Translations under genes and position numbers: made by a program | Shown: positions 40,236 to 50,287 of the stretch, piece after piece | Layout: each line of letters begins with the position of its first letter | How positions within the stretch are numbered: the first letter of the stretch is position 1 | Assembly: GCA_016218805.1 (NCBI GenBank) | Contig: JACRCW010000065.1 | Coordinates: forward strand, 94,040-158,039 | DNA length: 64,000 nt | Direction: 5' to 3' | From: Deltaproteobacteria bacterium | GTDB lineage: Bacteria > Myxococcota > JACRCW01 | The notes under the pieces: model-generated | Databases searched by the model: none | What the model saw: only the letters and a program-made list of their open reading frames with translations | Told to the model about the DNA's origin: nothing

Positions 40236-43200
40236 GTGCGCCACGCGCTGCTGCTGCTCCCCTTTGCTTTCGCCTCGTCGTCCGCGCTTGCGGTGGTGGG
40301 GGCCACCGAAGCCACCCACGCCAACACCCGCGGCCACGAGCACCTGGACGCGCTCAAGGTCATCCGCGGCGCCCGGACGGCGGACAAGGTGGTGACGGTG
40401 ACCGCGGAGGCGGGGGAGGGCTGGACCGCCACGGCCATTGGCGGGTTCCTGTCCGTCTCACCGTCCACACACCAGTCCGGACCGGGGCGGGTGACGGTGT
40501 CATTCAGCACGGAGACGTTGACCGGCAACGGGCCGTTCACCGGTGAAGTGGTCATCACGCCGGACACCGGCAGCGCGGTGCTCCTCCCCGTCAACCTGGA
40601 CGTCTGGCCGCGGGACCTGAGTGACCTCACGCCCGCGCAGACGCGCGACCGCGCGTTCTGGGTCTCCGACGGAGACTTTGGTGGAAGCTGGGAGCTGTGG
40701 GGCTTCCTCCCCGACGACACCAGCCATCCCGGCGAGAACGCGGGCGCGCTGCTTGACGCGCCCGAGCGCACGCCGTGCACGGGCGGGAGCATGACGGGCT
40801 GCACGCGCGCGGGCCAGGCCGGGCTGGCCGCGGGTCAGAGTGCGGACCGCGCGTGGATGCTGTCGCGCGGGGACCCGCGCGTGATGGTGGCGGTGCTGGA
40901 CTCGGGCATCCGCTGGCACGAACGCGCGCTCATCGACAAGGCGTACCTGAACGCGCGCGAGCTGGCGGTGTGTCCGCCGCCGGGCGCCACCGCCGCCAGC
41001 CCGGCCACGTTTGACGTGAACCATGACGGTGTCTTCAACGTGCGCGACTACGACTGGGCGGACCCGGCGTACGCCGACGTCAACGGCAACGGCCGGCTGG
41101 ACCCGCAGGACCTCATCCACGGCCACAACCCTGCCAACAACACGCCGTGTTCGGATGACGTGGATGATGACCTGAACGGTTACGTGGATGACATCTCCGG
41201 CTGGGACTTCTTCTGGAATGACAACGATCCTTCCGACGACACCGACTACGGCCACGGCACCGGCGAGGCCAAGGACAGCGTGGCGCAGGGCCACGATGAC
41301 ACCGGTGCGGTGGGCATCTGCATGCGCTGCACGCTGCTCAACGTGCGCGTGGGTGACAGCTTCATGGCGGACATCAACCAATTCGCCGAAGGCGTGGCGT
41401 TTTCCGTGGACAGCGGTGCCAGCGTGGTGCAGGAAGCGCTGGGCACGGTGAACAACACGCCGTTCGCGCAGCAGGCCATCACGTACGCCTGGGAGCACAA
41501 CGTGCTCGTCGTGGGGTCGGCGGCGGATGAGACCTCGCGCCACCACAACTACCCGGCCAACCTGGACCACCTCATCAACGTCCACGCCGTCCTGTACGAC
41601 ACCGACGGGCAGCCCGGCGGCTGGCGCCGGGCGACCACGTTCCTCAACTTCAACAACTGCACCAACTACGGCGGCCACCTGCAGCTCTCCACGCCGGGCG
41701 GCGGCTGTTCGTCGGAGGCCACGGGCAAGACCAGCGGGCAGACGGGGCTGCTGTACAGCTACTACCGGCAACTGCAGGACGGGGCGGACACGTATTACGA
41801 CATTCCGCTCACCGCCGCGGAGGCCTTCCAAGTGCTGATCGGTTCCGCGGATGACATTGACGTGGAGGGAGCCGAAGCCGACCCGGGCGCGTTGTCCCTC
41901 AAGAAGTACGTCTCCAATGAGGGCTGGGACGAGGCTTTTGGCTACGGCCGCAACAATGCGCGCCGCATGCTGGAGATGGTCCGGGACCGCAGGATTCCGC
42001 CCGAGGCGTACATTGAGAGTCCGAAGTTCTTTGAGCAGTTTGATCCGGACGTCACCCCGCAGATTGCCATTGCCATCACGGTGGGGAACCGGCGCTTTGA
42101 CAGCGTGGCGTGGAAGGTGGAGGCGGCGCCGGGCGTGGCGCCGCGCGAGACGGACTTTGTGCCGGTGGGGGACGGCACGCACGCGCAGGCGGGCACGCTG
42201 ACCACCACGGTGAACATGTCCGCCAGCCTGATCCCGCGCCCGGATGTGCCGTCAGCGGACGTGGACGCCTACACGGTGACGCTGCGCCTGACGGCGACGG
42301 GTACCCAGGGCACGGACACGGTGCGCGGGGAATTCCGCAAGACCATCAGCGTGCGCAAGGACCCGCAGCGGCGGCGCGCGCTGGCGCTGGACCTCAACGC
42401 ATCCGGTGAGGCGTCACCCCGGTTCTCTGACGTGGACGGCGACGGCAGGGACGAGCTGGTGCTGGCCGTTTCCGACGGGCGGGTCCACGCATTCCGCGCG
42501 GACGGCAGCGAACTGCCGGGCTGGCCGGTGAAGCTCAACCACTACCGCTCCTTCAGTGATGAAACCTGCACCGCGGCGGATGCGCCCACGCGGCGCCGCT
42601 GCCACCGCAGCGCGCCCGCGTACCAGCAGATTGACGTGACGGACCTGCGCTCCGCCACCGTGTCCGCCGCCTCGCTGGCGGACCTGGACGGCGACGGCGC
42701 ACCGGAGAAGGACGTGGTGGTGAGCGACCTGGACGGGTACGTGTACGCGTTCAGCGCGGCGGGCCAGCTGCTGCCCGGTTTTCCGGTGCACATGAACCCG
42801 GACCACGTCAGCGAGTTCATCTGGGGCAAGTACGTCCCCACCGAGGAGCGCTTTGCGGAGCAGGGCTTCTTTGCGCAGCCGGTGCTGGTGGACATGGACG
42901 GTGACGGGGACCTGGAGATTGTGCTCAGCGGCATGGACCAGTGGGTGTACGCGTGGAACCACGACGGCACAGAGGTGAACGGTTGGCCGGTGCATGTGGA
43001 GAACACCGAGGTGCCGGTGGGCCGCAACGGCCGTTTCAATGAGCGCATCATTGCGCCCGTCACGGTGGCGTTCCTGGATGACGACGAGCTGCCGGAGCTG
43101 GTGGTGGGCACCGAGGAGATCATCAACAACACGTCGTCCTCCTACCTGTACGCATTGGACCACCGCGGGAACGCGGCCCCGGGCGGCGCGTTCATGCCGG

Positions 43201-44117
43201 GCTGGCCCACCATGCTCAACGGGTTTGTGAATGACGTGCTGCCCTACGTGGGCAAGGGCATGCCCAACGCGGTGGCCGCGGCGGACCTGGACGGTGACGG
43301 CAAGGATGAGGTCATGGCGGCCAGCATGGGCGGCCCGGTGATGAAGCTGGACGGGCAGGCGCGGCCGTTTGGCCTTGTGCAGGCCACCGAAGGGAGCCGC
43401 GAGTACTTTGGTCCCGCGGCCAACACGACGGAGAACGTGGTGGCTTCGCTCATCAACAACCCCACGGTGGCGGACCTGGACCAGGACGGGATGCTGGACG
43501 TCATCAACGGCACGGCGGGGCTGCAGCTGGCCGGTGCGGCGGAGAGCGGCGGCCAGCGCATCCCGTTCCAGCACAGCGTGTCCGCGTGGAATCTGGAGAG
43601 CGGCTACCAGCTGGATGGTTTCCCGCAGGTGGTGGAGGACTACCAGTTCTTCATGAACTACGCGGTGGGTGATATTGACGGTGACGGCGCGCATGAGGCG
43701 GTGATGGGATCCGGCGTGTACCTGGTGCACGCGTTCAACCCGCAGGGCGAGGAGCCCGAGGGCTGGCCCAAGAACACGCATGGCTGGGTGATCACCACGC
43801 CCGCCCTGGGCGATCTGGATGGCGACAACAAGATGGAGGTTGCCGTCAACACGCGTGAGGGGTGGCTGTTTGTGTGGGACATGCCCGGCACCGTGCAACG
43901 CGCCAACTCCGGCGCGCCCAACCCCATCCAGTGGCCCGGTTATCACCACGACGAGCGCAACACCGGCAACATCCGCACAGCGCTGCAGGACTACGGCATG
44001 CCCCACGGGCTCGGTTTGGCGCCCTGCGGGTGCCGGTCGTCGTCGTCATCGGACGCGCCGCTGGCGTGGACGCTGCTGGGGTTGGCCGCGCTGGTGTGGC
44101 GGCGGCGGAGGCGCTGA
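40236..44117 (+). CDS. secreted subtilisin-like (S8) serine protease with FG-GAP/VCBS beta-propeller repeats and MYXO-CTERM anchor
   Basis: GTG start with GGAGG RBS. Asp 'VAVLDSGI', His 'HGTGEA', and repeated 'DLDGDG/DMDGDG/DVDGDG' FG-GAP motifs. Tail 'PCGCRSSSSSDAPLAWTLLGLAALVWRRRRR'. Confidence 0.8.
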   Translation: MRHALLLLPFAFASSSALAVVGATEATHANTRGHEHLDALKVIRGARTADKVVTVTAEAGEGWTATAIGGFLSVSPSTHQSGPGRVTVSFSTETLTGNGPFTGEVVITPDTGSAVLLPVNLDVWPRDLSDLTPAQTRDRAFWVSDGDFGGSWELWGFLPDDTSHPGENAGALLDAPERTPCTGGSMTGCTRAGQAGLAAGQSADRAWMLSRGDPRVMVAVLDSGIRWHERALIDKAYLNARELAVCPPPGATAASPATFDVNHDGVFNVRDYDWADPAYADVNGNGRLDPQDLIHGHNPANNTPCSDDVDDDLNGYVDDISGWDFFWNDNDPSDDTDYGHGTGEAKDSVAQGHDDTGAVGICMRCTLLNVRVGDSFMADINQFAEGVAFSVDSGASVVQEALGTVNNTPFAQQAITYAWEHNVLVVGSAADETSRHHNYPANLDHLINVHAVLYDTDGQPGGWRRATTFLNFNNCTNYGGHLQLSTPGGGCSSEATGKTSGQTGLLYSYYRQLQDGADTYYDIPLTAAEAFQVLIGSADDIDVEGAEADPGALSLKKYVSNEGWDEAFGYGRNNARRMLEMVRDRRIPPEAYIESPKFFEQFDPDVTPQIAIAITVGNRRFDSVAWKVEAAPGVAPRETDFVPVGDGTHAQAGTLTTTVNMSASLIPRPDVPSADVDAYTVTLRLTATGTQGTDTVRGEFRKTISVRKDPQRRRALALDLNASGEASPRFSDVDGDGRDELVLAVSDGRVHAFRADGSELPGWPVKLNHYRSFSDETCTAADAPTRRRCHRSAPAYQQIDVTDLRSATVSAASLADLDGDGAPEKDVVVSDLDGYVYAFSAAGQLLPGFPVHMNPDHVSEFIWGKYVPTEERFAEQGFFAQPVLVDMDGDGDLEIVLSGMDQWVYAWNHDGTEVNGWPVHVENTEVPVGRNGRFNERIIAPVTVAFLDDDELPELVVGTEEIINNTSSSYLYALDHRGNAAPGGAFMPGWPTMLNGFVNDVLPYVGKGMPNAVAAADLDGDGKDEVMAASMGGPVMKLDGQARPFGLVQATEGSREYFGPAANTTENVVASLINNPTVADLDQDGMLDVINGTAGLQLAGAAESGGQRIPFQHSVSAWNLESGYQLDGFPQVVEDYQFFMNYAVGDIDGDGAHEAVMGSGVYLVHAFNPQGEEPEGWPKNTHGWVITTPALGDLDGDNKMEVAVNTREGWLFVWDMPGTVQRANSGAPNPIQWPGYHHDERNTGNIRTALQDYGMPHGLGLAPCGCRSSSSSDAPLAWTLLGLAALVWRRRRR

Positions 44118-44755
44118 TGCGGCGGGGCCTTGCAGTCCTGGGGACCGCCGCGTGGGTGCTGGCCGGCAGCTGCGGGAATGTGGATCCCAACCGGCCGGAT
44201 CACGTGGTGGTGGAGCACAGCGAGAGCGTGGATATCCCGGGCGGCCCCAGCCTGGGCATCCTGGCGCCGGACGGGCTCAACCCCGCGAATGCCGGCGGCG
44301 GCCTCACGCGCGCGCTGTCCTCCACGCTGTCCAACCAGGGCGTGTCCAAGGGTGACGTGAAGAACGTGTCACTCACCCAGTTGCACCTGGCGGTGACCGC
44401 GCCGCTGCGCAACGGCGCGCCCATCCAGGATCTGCGGTTCCTGGACCGGCTCACCATGACCATGTCCGCGGAGGGACTGCCGGACGTCGTCGTCGCGGAG
44501 AGCCTGCCCGCCGCGGGCGGCGACGGGGGGACGCAGTCACCGACGTTTGGTCCGGGCGTGTTTGCAGTGGACATTCCGCCGGTGCCCGGGTTGGACCTCA
44601 AGGACTACGTCACCCAGGACGCCATGACCGTGAAGGTGGAGGTCACCGCCAACGGACGCCCCGCGCTCAGCTGCACCGTGCAGTTCACCGTGAAACTGGA
44701 CGCGCAGTTGAATCCCGTTGGCGCTGCCGCCAACCGGTTGCCGTTCTTGCCGTGA
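44117..44755 (+). CDS. lipoprotein, hypothetical (translationally coupled to the S8 protease)
   Basis: ATGA overlap with the upstream stop. Lipobox 'VLAGSCGN'. Confidence 0.5.
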   Translation: MRRGLAVLGTAAWVLAGSCGNVDPNRPDHVVVEHSESVDIPGGPSLGILAPDGLNPANAGGGLTRALSSTLSNQGVSKGDVKNVSLTQLHLAVTAPLRNGAPIQDLRFLDRLTMTMSAEGLPDVVVAESLPAAGGDGGTQSPTFGPGVFAVDIPPVPGLDLKDYVTQDAMTVKVEVTANGRPALSCTVQFTVKLDAQLNPVGAAANRLPFLP

Positions 44756-44826
44756 CGCGCGCCCGCGCCCGCGGCCCAGGCGCCTTTTCCCGACGAGCTT
44801 GACCACCGCCCGGCGCAATCCACATC

Positions 44827-45378
44827 ATGCGTCGGGGTGACGTCATGGGCGCGCTGACCGCCGTTCCGTTCCTGCTTGCATCCGTGATGGCGGCGGCCGC
44901 CGCGGAGAGCCACCGCCCGGCCGTGCTGGTCTTCCACGTGGACGCGGGGCCGGGCGCGTCCCCACAAGCCGGGCAGGACCTGGGTGATGCGGTGCTGCAG
45001 GTCACCCGCGGCTCGGAGGCGTTTGGGCGCGTGATCAGCCTGCAGGAGTTGGCGTCCGTGGTCCCGCCGGACGAGATGAAGCGGATGGGGTCCTGTACGG
45101 ACGTGTGCGGCGGCGAACTGGCGGACAGCACCGGGGCGGACTGGGTCATCACCGCCGAGGTGACCAGGAACGGACAGGCGTCCACGTTGGTGCTGCGCCT
45201 GTTTCTGGCGCGCGGCGGGAGTGCGTTTGTCGCCCGCGCGCCGCTCGGCCGCGCCGCAGGAGCCGCGTTGGCGGGTCCCGTGCGGTCGGCGCTCGCTGAC
45301 GTGCTGGGCCAGGCGAAGCTCACCGGCGTGTCCGCGCGCCCCGCGTCCGGACCCACGCCGCCGGCCCGGCCCCGCTAG
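44827..45378 (+). CDS. hypothetical secreted protein
   Basis: Signal-like 'ALTAVPFLLASVMAAAAAE'. No motif. Confidence 0.4.
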   Translation: MRRGDVMGALTAVPFLLASVMAAAAAESHRPAVLVFHVDAGPGASPQAGQDLGDAVLQVTRGSEAFGRVISLQELASVVPPDEMKRMGSCTDVCGGELADSTGADWVITAEVTRNGQASTLVLRLFLARGGSAFVARAPLGRAAGAALAGPVRSALADVLGQAKLTGVSARPASGPTPPARPR

Positions 45379-45431
45379 CCACCGTCTTCCACGACGAGAA
45401 TCCCCGGCGGCCGCCTGGTCCGGCAACACCA

Positions 45432-46007
45432 TCACGACCAGAAGTGCTCGCCGGGGCGGGGCAGGTACATGCCGGTGGTGCGCGCATACGCCGCGTACTC
45501 CTCAGCCAGGTCACTGGCGCGGAACTTCCGTTCCTCGTGGAGCGCGGCCGCGTGGAACACCGCCAGCACCAGCGCCGTGGGCACCAGCAGCCACGGCTCG
45601 CCCGTGACGACGACGCCCGCGACGTAGGACAGCGCGTAGCTGGTGTAGAAGGGATGCCGCACGTACGCGTACGGGCCGTCGCGCTGGACGTGCCGCGGCA
45701 CGTCCCCGCTGAACGCAATGCTCAGCCGGGTCCGGCGTGTGGTCACGGCGCACCAGGCGAACAGCGCCGCGGACAGCGTCAGCAGCACCAGGCCCGCCGC
45801 TGCCGCGCCCGTCCCCGGCGGGCCGGAGACCGCCAGCGCCGCGCACACGGCGACGTTGGCGGTCACCACGGCAGCGCGCACGGCCCACAACGCGCGCGGC
45901 ACGCCTTGCGGCATGGTGAACACGCGGAACACGCCCACCGCCACGACGAGGTAGGTGGCCGCGAACAGTCCGAGCGTGAGCGCGTGCAGGGCCTCCACGC
46001 CCGTCAC
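45432..46007 (-). CDS. ICMT/PEMT-family integral-membrane SAM-dependent methyltransferase
   Basis: '…VRHPFYTSYALSYVAGVVVTGEPW…HEERKFRA…EYAAYARTTGMYLP' matches the isoprenylcysteine carboxyl / phospholipid N-methyltransferase C-terminal signature. GTG 46007 overlaps the upstream TGA. Confidence 0.65.
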   Translation of the reverse strand: MTGVEALHALTLGLFAATYLVVAVGVFRVFTMPQGVPRALWAVRAAVVTANVAVCAALAVSGPPGTGAAAAGLVLLTLSAALFAWCAVTTRRTRLSIAFSGDVPRHVQRDGPYAYVRHPFYTSYALSYVAGVVVTGEPWLLVPTALVLAVFHAAALHEERKFRASDLAEEYAAYARTTGMYLPRPGEHFWS

Positions 46008-49000
46008 TCCTCCGTCACCAGGCGGCCGAACAACCCCAGCCCGGCGGCGAGCTCGTCGAGCGCTTCGATGTTCTCGCGGCGGATCCGGCCGGTGAGCTCC
46101 ATCTGCTGCTCCGCCAGCGCGGCGAGCAGGCCTTCCGCCGCGCACGCGAACAGCGTCCCCGGGGCCGTGTACGGGCTGAACCGGAAGCGGGGGTCCCGCG
46201 GCAGTGCCACCAGCCCGGCACCCACGACGCGGGCGTTGCGGCGCTCACGCGCGAGGCGCGGGGCGGTGGCCCGCGGCTGCGAGACGTCCACCACCAGCAC
46301 GGGCCGTTCCGCGGCCAGGTGCTCCGCGCGGATGACCGGCTCCGGGCTGCTCACGGCCGCGACGACCACGTCCGCGTGCTCCAGGTCCAACATGTGCGTG
46401 GACCATGCGGCCTCCACGCCGTCAGCCCGAAGCTGCGCCGCGCGCTCCTCCAGCCGCGCTTCCGAACCCGGCCGCCCGACCAGCAGGACAGAGCGGCCCA
46501 GCGCCCGCCGCCCCGCGAGAAGCTCCACCACGGCGGACCCGATGTTGCCCAACGCACCGACGACGGCGATGCGCGCGGCCTGCGGGTGTCCGCGCTCAAG
46601 GCTCATCCCGGCTTCCGCGGCGAGCTTGCGCACCTGCCGGACCAGCACCGCCGTGGTGAACGAGTTGCCGGAGACCACGCGCGTGCCCGGTGGCGGGGCC
46701 AGCAGCGTCCCGTCCCGGGACACCACGCTGGTGTGCCCGCCCAGCGCGACGACGCCGCAGCCGTGGCGCCGTGCGATGTCCGCCGCGTCCTGCAGGCGGT
46801 CCAGCAGGAAGTCACCGCGCCCGTCTGCGCGCAGGTGCTGCATCTCCGCCGCGGTCACCGGCAGCGTGATGGTCAGCAGCCAGGCGCGGCCGTCAAACAG
46901 GTTGGCGGACGACGTCACCAGCGGCTCCAGGCCGCACAGGACCTGGAAGCGGCGCACCAGCTCCAGGCGCCGGGCGGTGCCCAGCGCCGCCAGCGACGGG
47001 GAGTCGCCCACCAGTTCGCGCGTGGGATGGATGAAGTGGTGCACGAACGCGACCCGGCGCGCACCCTCCGCCGCGGGCTGCCGCTCCGTGCGGAAGGCGG
47101 ACAAGCGCCGTTCCCGGGAGGGCCGGCGGGTGGCCGCCGGCGCATGCCCCGCCAGGTGCGCCGTGAGTTCCAGCAGGTCTGCGCCCGCCAGGGCCGCTGC
47201 CAGGGCGCGGAATGCACGCGCGGTCCACTCCACCTCCGCGTCGCGCAGGAACGCGGAGGGTTCCACGCGCAGCACGTCCGGCGCGGACGTCGTTGGCAGC
47301 ACGCGCACGCGGTGGCGGTGCAGCAGGTAGGAGGCGGCCAGATGGCCCAGGCCGCGCGCGGCAATCGCCTCCAGGATGGCTGACCCGGCGGCGCGCGGGA
47401 CGCGCAACTCCACGCCCAGCAACAGGCCCCGGCCGCGCACCGCCACCACCGCGTCGGGGTGGTCCCGGTGCACGTCCTCCAGGACCGCGCGCAGCCGTTC
47501 GCCCGCGCGGCGTGCGCGGCCCGGCACGTCCTCGCGGTCCATCACGCGGAGGACCGCCATCCCCACGGTCGATGAGAAGGAGTCCTCGCCGTAGGTCGTG
47601 GCGCGGTGTTCATCCATCGCCTCCACGTAATGCGCCCGGTCCACAAGGAGCGCGGCGAGCTTGGCCACGCCGCCGCCCAGTGACTTGCCGAGCAACAGGC
47701 AGTCCGGCACCACCCGCGCGCCGGCGGGGTCGGCGCAGGCCAGAAACGTCCCGGTGCGGCCCATCCCGCACTGGATCTCGTCCAGGATGAAGGGGACACC
47801 CGGCAAGCGCAGCTGCGCAAGCCACTCGGGCGGGACCTCCACGACGCCGCCTTCACCCTGCACGGGTTCCGCGATGGTCGCCAGCACGTCCAGAAACGGG
47901 AGCCCGACGCGGGACACGCCGCCCGGACCGGTGACCAGGCCGTGCAGCCGCACCGTCTCGTGGGCCACGGTCTGGGCCAGGCGGGTCCGGGCCTCGTCGG
48001 TTCCGCGGGGGTCCAGGAACACCGTGCGCACGCCCAACAGCGCCGTGAACGGGGCGCGGTGCTCGTCGGAGCCGGTGGCCAGCAGCGCGCCCAGGGAGCG
48101 GCCGTGGAAGCCGCGCTGGAGGGCGATGACCACGGGACTCCGCCCCTGTAGGACGGACCGGTTGTGCGCGGTGACCTCGTCGACGAGCGCGCGTGGCGCG
48201 CCCCCGTGGCGCCAGCCCCGTTCCAGCGCCGCCAGCCTCGCGGCCCGGTGCAGCGCGGCGTGTTTGAGTGCCAGGTCCGTCGCCTCGGCACCCGTTGAGA
48301 CCGGGCACACCACCCAGCGCCGCCCGGTCTCTCGCCCCACGCGGCGGGCCAGCGCCTCGGCAAACCGCGTCGTCGCGGGGCGGGCTGAGAACTGGTCCAG
48401 CACGGGCACGCCTTCCAGCGCCTGCCGCGCCGCCGCCAGGACCTCGGGGTGGCCGTGGCCCAGCAGGTTGGCGCCGTACCCGCCGGCCAGGTCCAGCACC
48501 GGCTCGTCGTCACCCGCGCGGAACAGCAGGTCGCCTTCGCCGCGCGCATACGCCACGTCCAGGCCGGCTGCTGCCACCCGGGGGGCGACGCCCGGGTGCA
48601 GGAAGCGGGCGCGTGTGCCCGCGCCGGACTCCGGTGCGGGGATCCGTACGACGTGGGGATGGCACGCACCCGGAGCGCGGGCCGCGTCCAGCAGCGCGGC
48701 GTGCTCACGCTCCGCGCGTGCGTGGTCCGGTTTGCCGGGGCCGCGCAGCGGGACGCCGCCACGCACCAGTGCGACGGCATGGATGCGCGCGTGCAGGAGC
48801 GAGGTGTCGACCTCGGCACGCTGGGCACAGGCCTCGCGCACGCGCTCCTGCAGCCCCGGGTCCGCGGGGTCACCATCCACAAATGCCAGCCCCACCAGGC
48901 CGGCGTTTGCCGCGTCCGGGAACGCCAGCAGGCCGAGCACCTCGGGGAGCTGCGCGGCGTGTTCGCGCTCCACGGCGGCGCGCACGGCCTTCACCCCCAG

Positions 49001-50269
49001 GCCGGTCTTGATGACGTCGTCATCGGCGCGCCCGGCGTGGTGGATGTCCGTGCCGTCCCACCGCGCAAGGTCCCCGGTGTCCACCCATTCTCCAAGTGCG
49101 CCGTCCCCACCCAGCACGCCCGCGGCTCCAAACGGCGTGGACACCACCAGCCGTCCCGGCGCCGTCCGGTCTCCGCCGGGAAAACGCACACCCAGCCGGC
49201 AACCCGGGAGCGGCCGGCCCAGACCGCCCCCGCCCAGCAGCGTGGTGCTGACCTGTTGCGTTTCCGTGGTCCCAAACGCGTTGGCCACCCGCACGCCGCG
49301 CAACGCCGCCGCCACCGCGGGGTCCCAGCCCGTCCCGGAGAGCACCACGCACCGCAGCTGCCCGGCCAGGCGCGGCGCCGCCACCACGCCGTTGTGCGCC
49401 ATCCACGCCCGCACCAGAGCCGGCCCGCACGTCACGTGCGCCGGCGGAAAGGACGCCAGCAGGCGGAACGCGCGTTGCGGTTGCTCCGCCATCCACTCCG
49501 GGCGCACGAACAACGCCGTGGAACGGTTCCACAGCGCGTGCAGCAGCGCGCGCGCGCCCATGGTGTGGGACAGCAGCGGCACCAGCGTGGGGCCACCCAG
49601 CAGGTCCGGCGTGAACAACCCCGCCAGCTCAAACGCATGCGCGCCGGTGAGCAGGGCGGACGCGGTGTAGCGCAGCCAGCGCGGCTCACCGGTGCTGCCC
49701 GTCGTGGCGAACACCAGGGCGTCCGGGGCCGGCGGGACCTCGGGCAGCGCCGGCGCGGTACCCGTGTGCGCCAGCTCGTCGTGCAGCGTGTGGCATGCCG
49801 CGCCGTCCGCGCGGCACAGTGCGGCCAGCGTCTCCAGCGCCGCGGCCTGGGCGTCCGTTGGGCGGCTGTCCGGGGCCACCGCCACGTGCCGCGCCCCGGA
49901 ACGCCGCAACACGTCACGCAGCGCCCCGGCGTCAAACCCCATGGGCAGCACCACCCGCATGCCCGCGGCCACCAGGCCCACCGTCGCTGCGGCCAGTGGC
50001 AGCTCCGGCGCGCCGGGCAGGCGCACCAGCAGGACGGAGGCGCCGGGAGCCAGGGCGTGGTCACCCGTCCACCGCCGCAGGTTCCACGCCGTCGTGCGCA
50101 GTGCACCCAGCGTGAGCGCCAGGTCCACGCCGTCGCGCTCGCCCGCCAGGACCACCGCGTGGTCGTTGGGGTCATCCGGGCCCAGGAGCGAGGCAAATGA
50201 CCGGAACCGCGGCGCGCGCCCGTCAAGCCCGGTGCGGGACTGCAACAGGACCTCCGGTGCGGCGACCAT
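46004..50269 (-). CDS. tri-domain enzyme: acyl/aryl-AMP ligase (adenylation), class-III PLP aminotransferase, and aldehyde-forming acyl-ACP reductase (AAR)-like NAD(P)-binding domain
   Basis: Adenylation motifs 'ATTGSTGEPRW', 'FGTTETQ', 'DTGDLARW…GRADDDVIKTGLGVKAV'. Aminotransferase motifs 'LAGGYGANLLGHGHPEV', 'ILDEIQCGMGRTGTF', 'LLLGKSLGGG'. C-terminal 'ALGGHTSVV…IAVVGALGNIGSAVVELL…LFACAAEGLL' resembles cyanobacterial AAR (my recollection of '…GGFTSII…VAVVGATGDIGSAVCRWL…MFACFAEAMLL'). Confidence 0.8.
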   Translation of the reverse strand: MVAAPEVLLQSRTGLDGRAPRFRSFASLLGPDDPNDHAVVLAGERDGVDLALTLGALRTTAWNLRRWTGDHALAPGASVLLVRLPGAPELPLAAATVGLVAAGMRVVLPMGFDAGALRDVLRRSGARHVAVAPDSRPTDAQAAALETLAALCRADGAACHTLHDELAHTGTAPALPEVPPAPDALVFATTGSTGEPRWLRYTASALLTGAHAFELAGLFTPDLLGGPTLVPLLSHTMGARALLHALWNRSTALFVRPEWMAEQPQRAFRLLASFPPAHVTCGPALVRAWMAHNGVVAAPRLAGQLRCVVLSGTGWDPAVAAALRGVRVANAFGTTETQQVSTTLLGGGGLGRPLPGCRLGVRFPGGDRTAPGRLVVSTPFGAAGVLGGDGALGEWVDTGDLARWDGTDIHHAGRADDDVIKTGLGVKAVRAAVEREHAAQLPEVLGLLAFPDAANAGLVGLAFVDGDPADPGLQERVREACAQRAEVDTSLLHARIHAVALVRGGVPLRGPGKPDHARAEREHAALLDAARAPGACHPHVVRIPAPESGAGTRARFLHPGVAPRVAAAGLDVAYARGEGDLLFRAGDDEPVLDLAGGYGANLLGHGHPEVLAAARQALEGVPVLDQFSARPATTRFAEALARRVGRETGRRWVVCPVSTGAEATDLALKHAALHRAARLAALERGWRHGGAPRALVDEVTAHNRSVLQGRSPVVIALQRGFHGRSLGALLATGSDEHRAPFTALLGVRTVFLDPRGTDEARTRLAQTVAHETVRLHGLVTGPGGVSRVGLPFLDVLATIAEPVQGEGGVVEVPPEWLAQLRLPGVPFILDEIQCGMGRTGTFLACADPAGARVVPDCLLLGKSLGGGVAKLAALLVDRAHYVEAMDEHRATTYGEDSFSSTVGMAVLRVMDREDVPGRARRAGERLRAVLEDVHRDHPDAVVAVRGRGLLLGVELRVPRAAGSAILEAIAARGLGHLAASYLLHRHRVRVLPTTSAPDVLRVEPSAFLRDAEVEWTARAFRALAAALAGADLLELTAHLAGHAPAATRRPSRERRLSAFRTERQPAAEGARRVAFVHHFIHPTRELVGDSPSLAALGTARRLELVRRFQVLCGLEPLVTSSANLFDGRAWLLTITLPVTAAEMQHLRADGRGDFLLDRLQDAADIARRHGCGVVALGGHTSVVSRDGTLLAPPPGTRVVSGNSFTTAVLVRQVRKLAAEAGMSLERGHPQAARIAVVGALGNIGSAVVELLAGRRALGRSVLLVGRPGSEARLEERAAQLRADGVEAAWSTHMLDLEHADVVVAAVSSPEPVIRAEHLAAERPVLVVDVSQPRATAPRLARERRNARVVGAGLVALPRDPRFRFSPYTAPGTLFACAAEGLLAALAEQQMELTGRIRRENIEALDELAAGLGLFGRLVTEE

Positions 50270-50287
50270 GGTCCCATCCTCCCGCGC

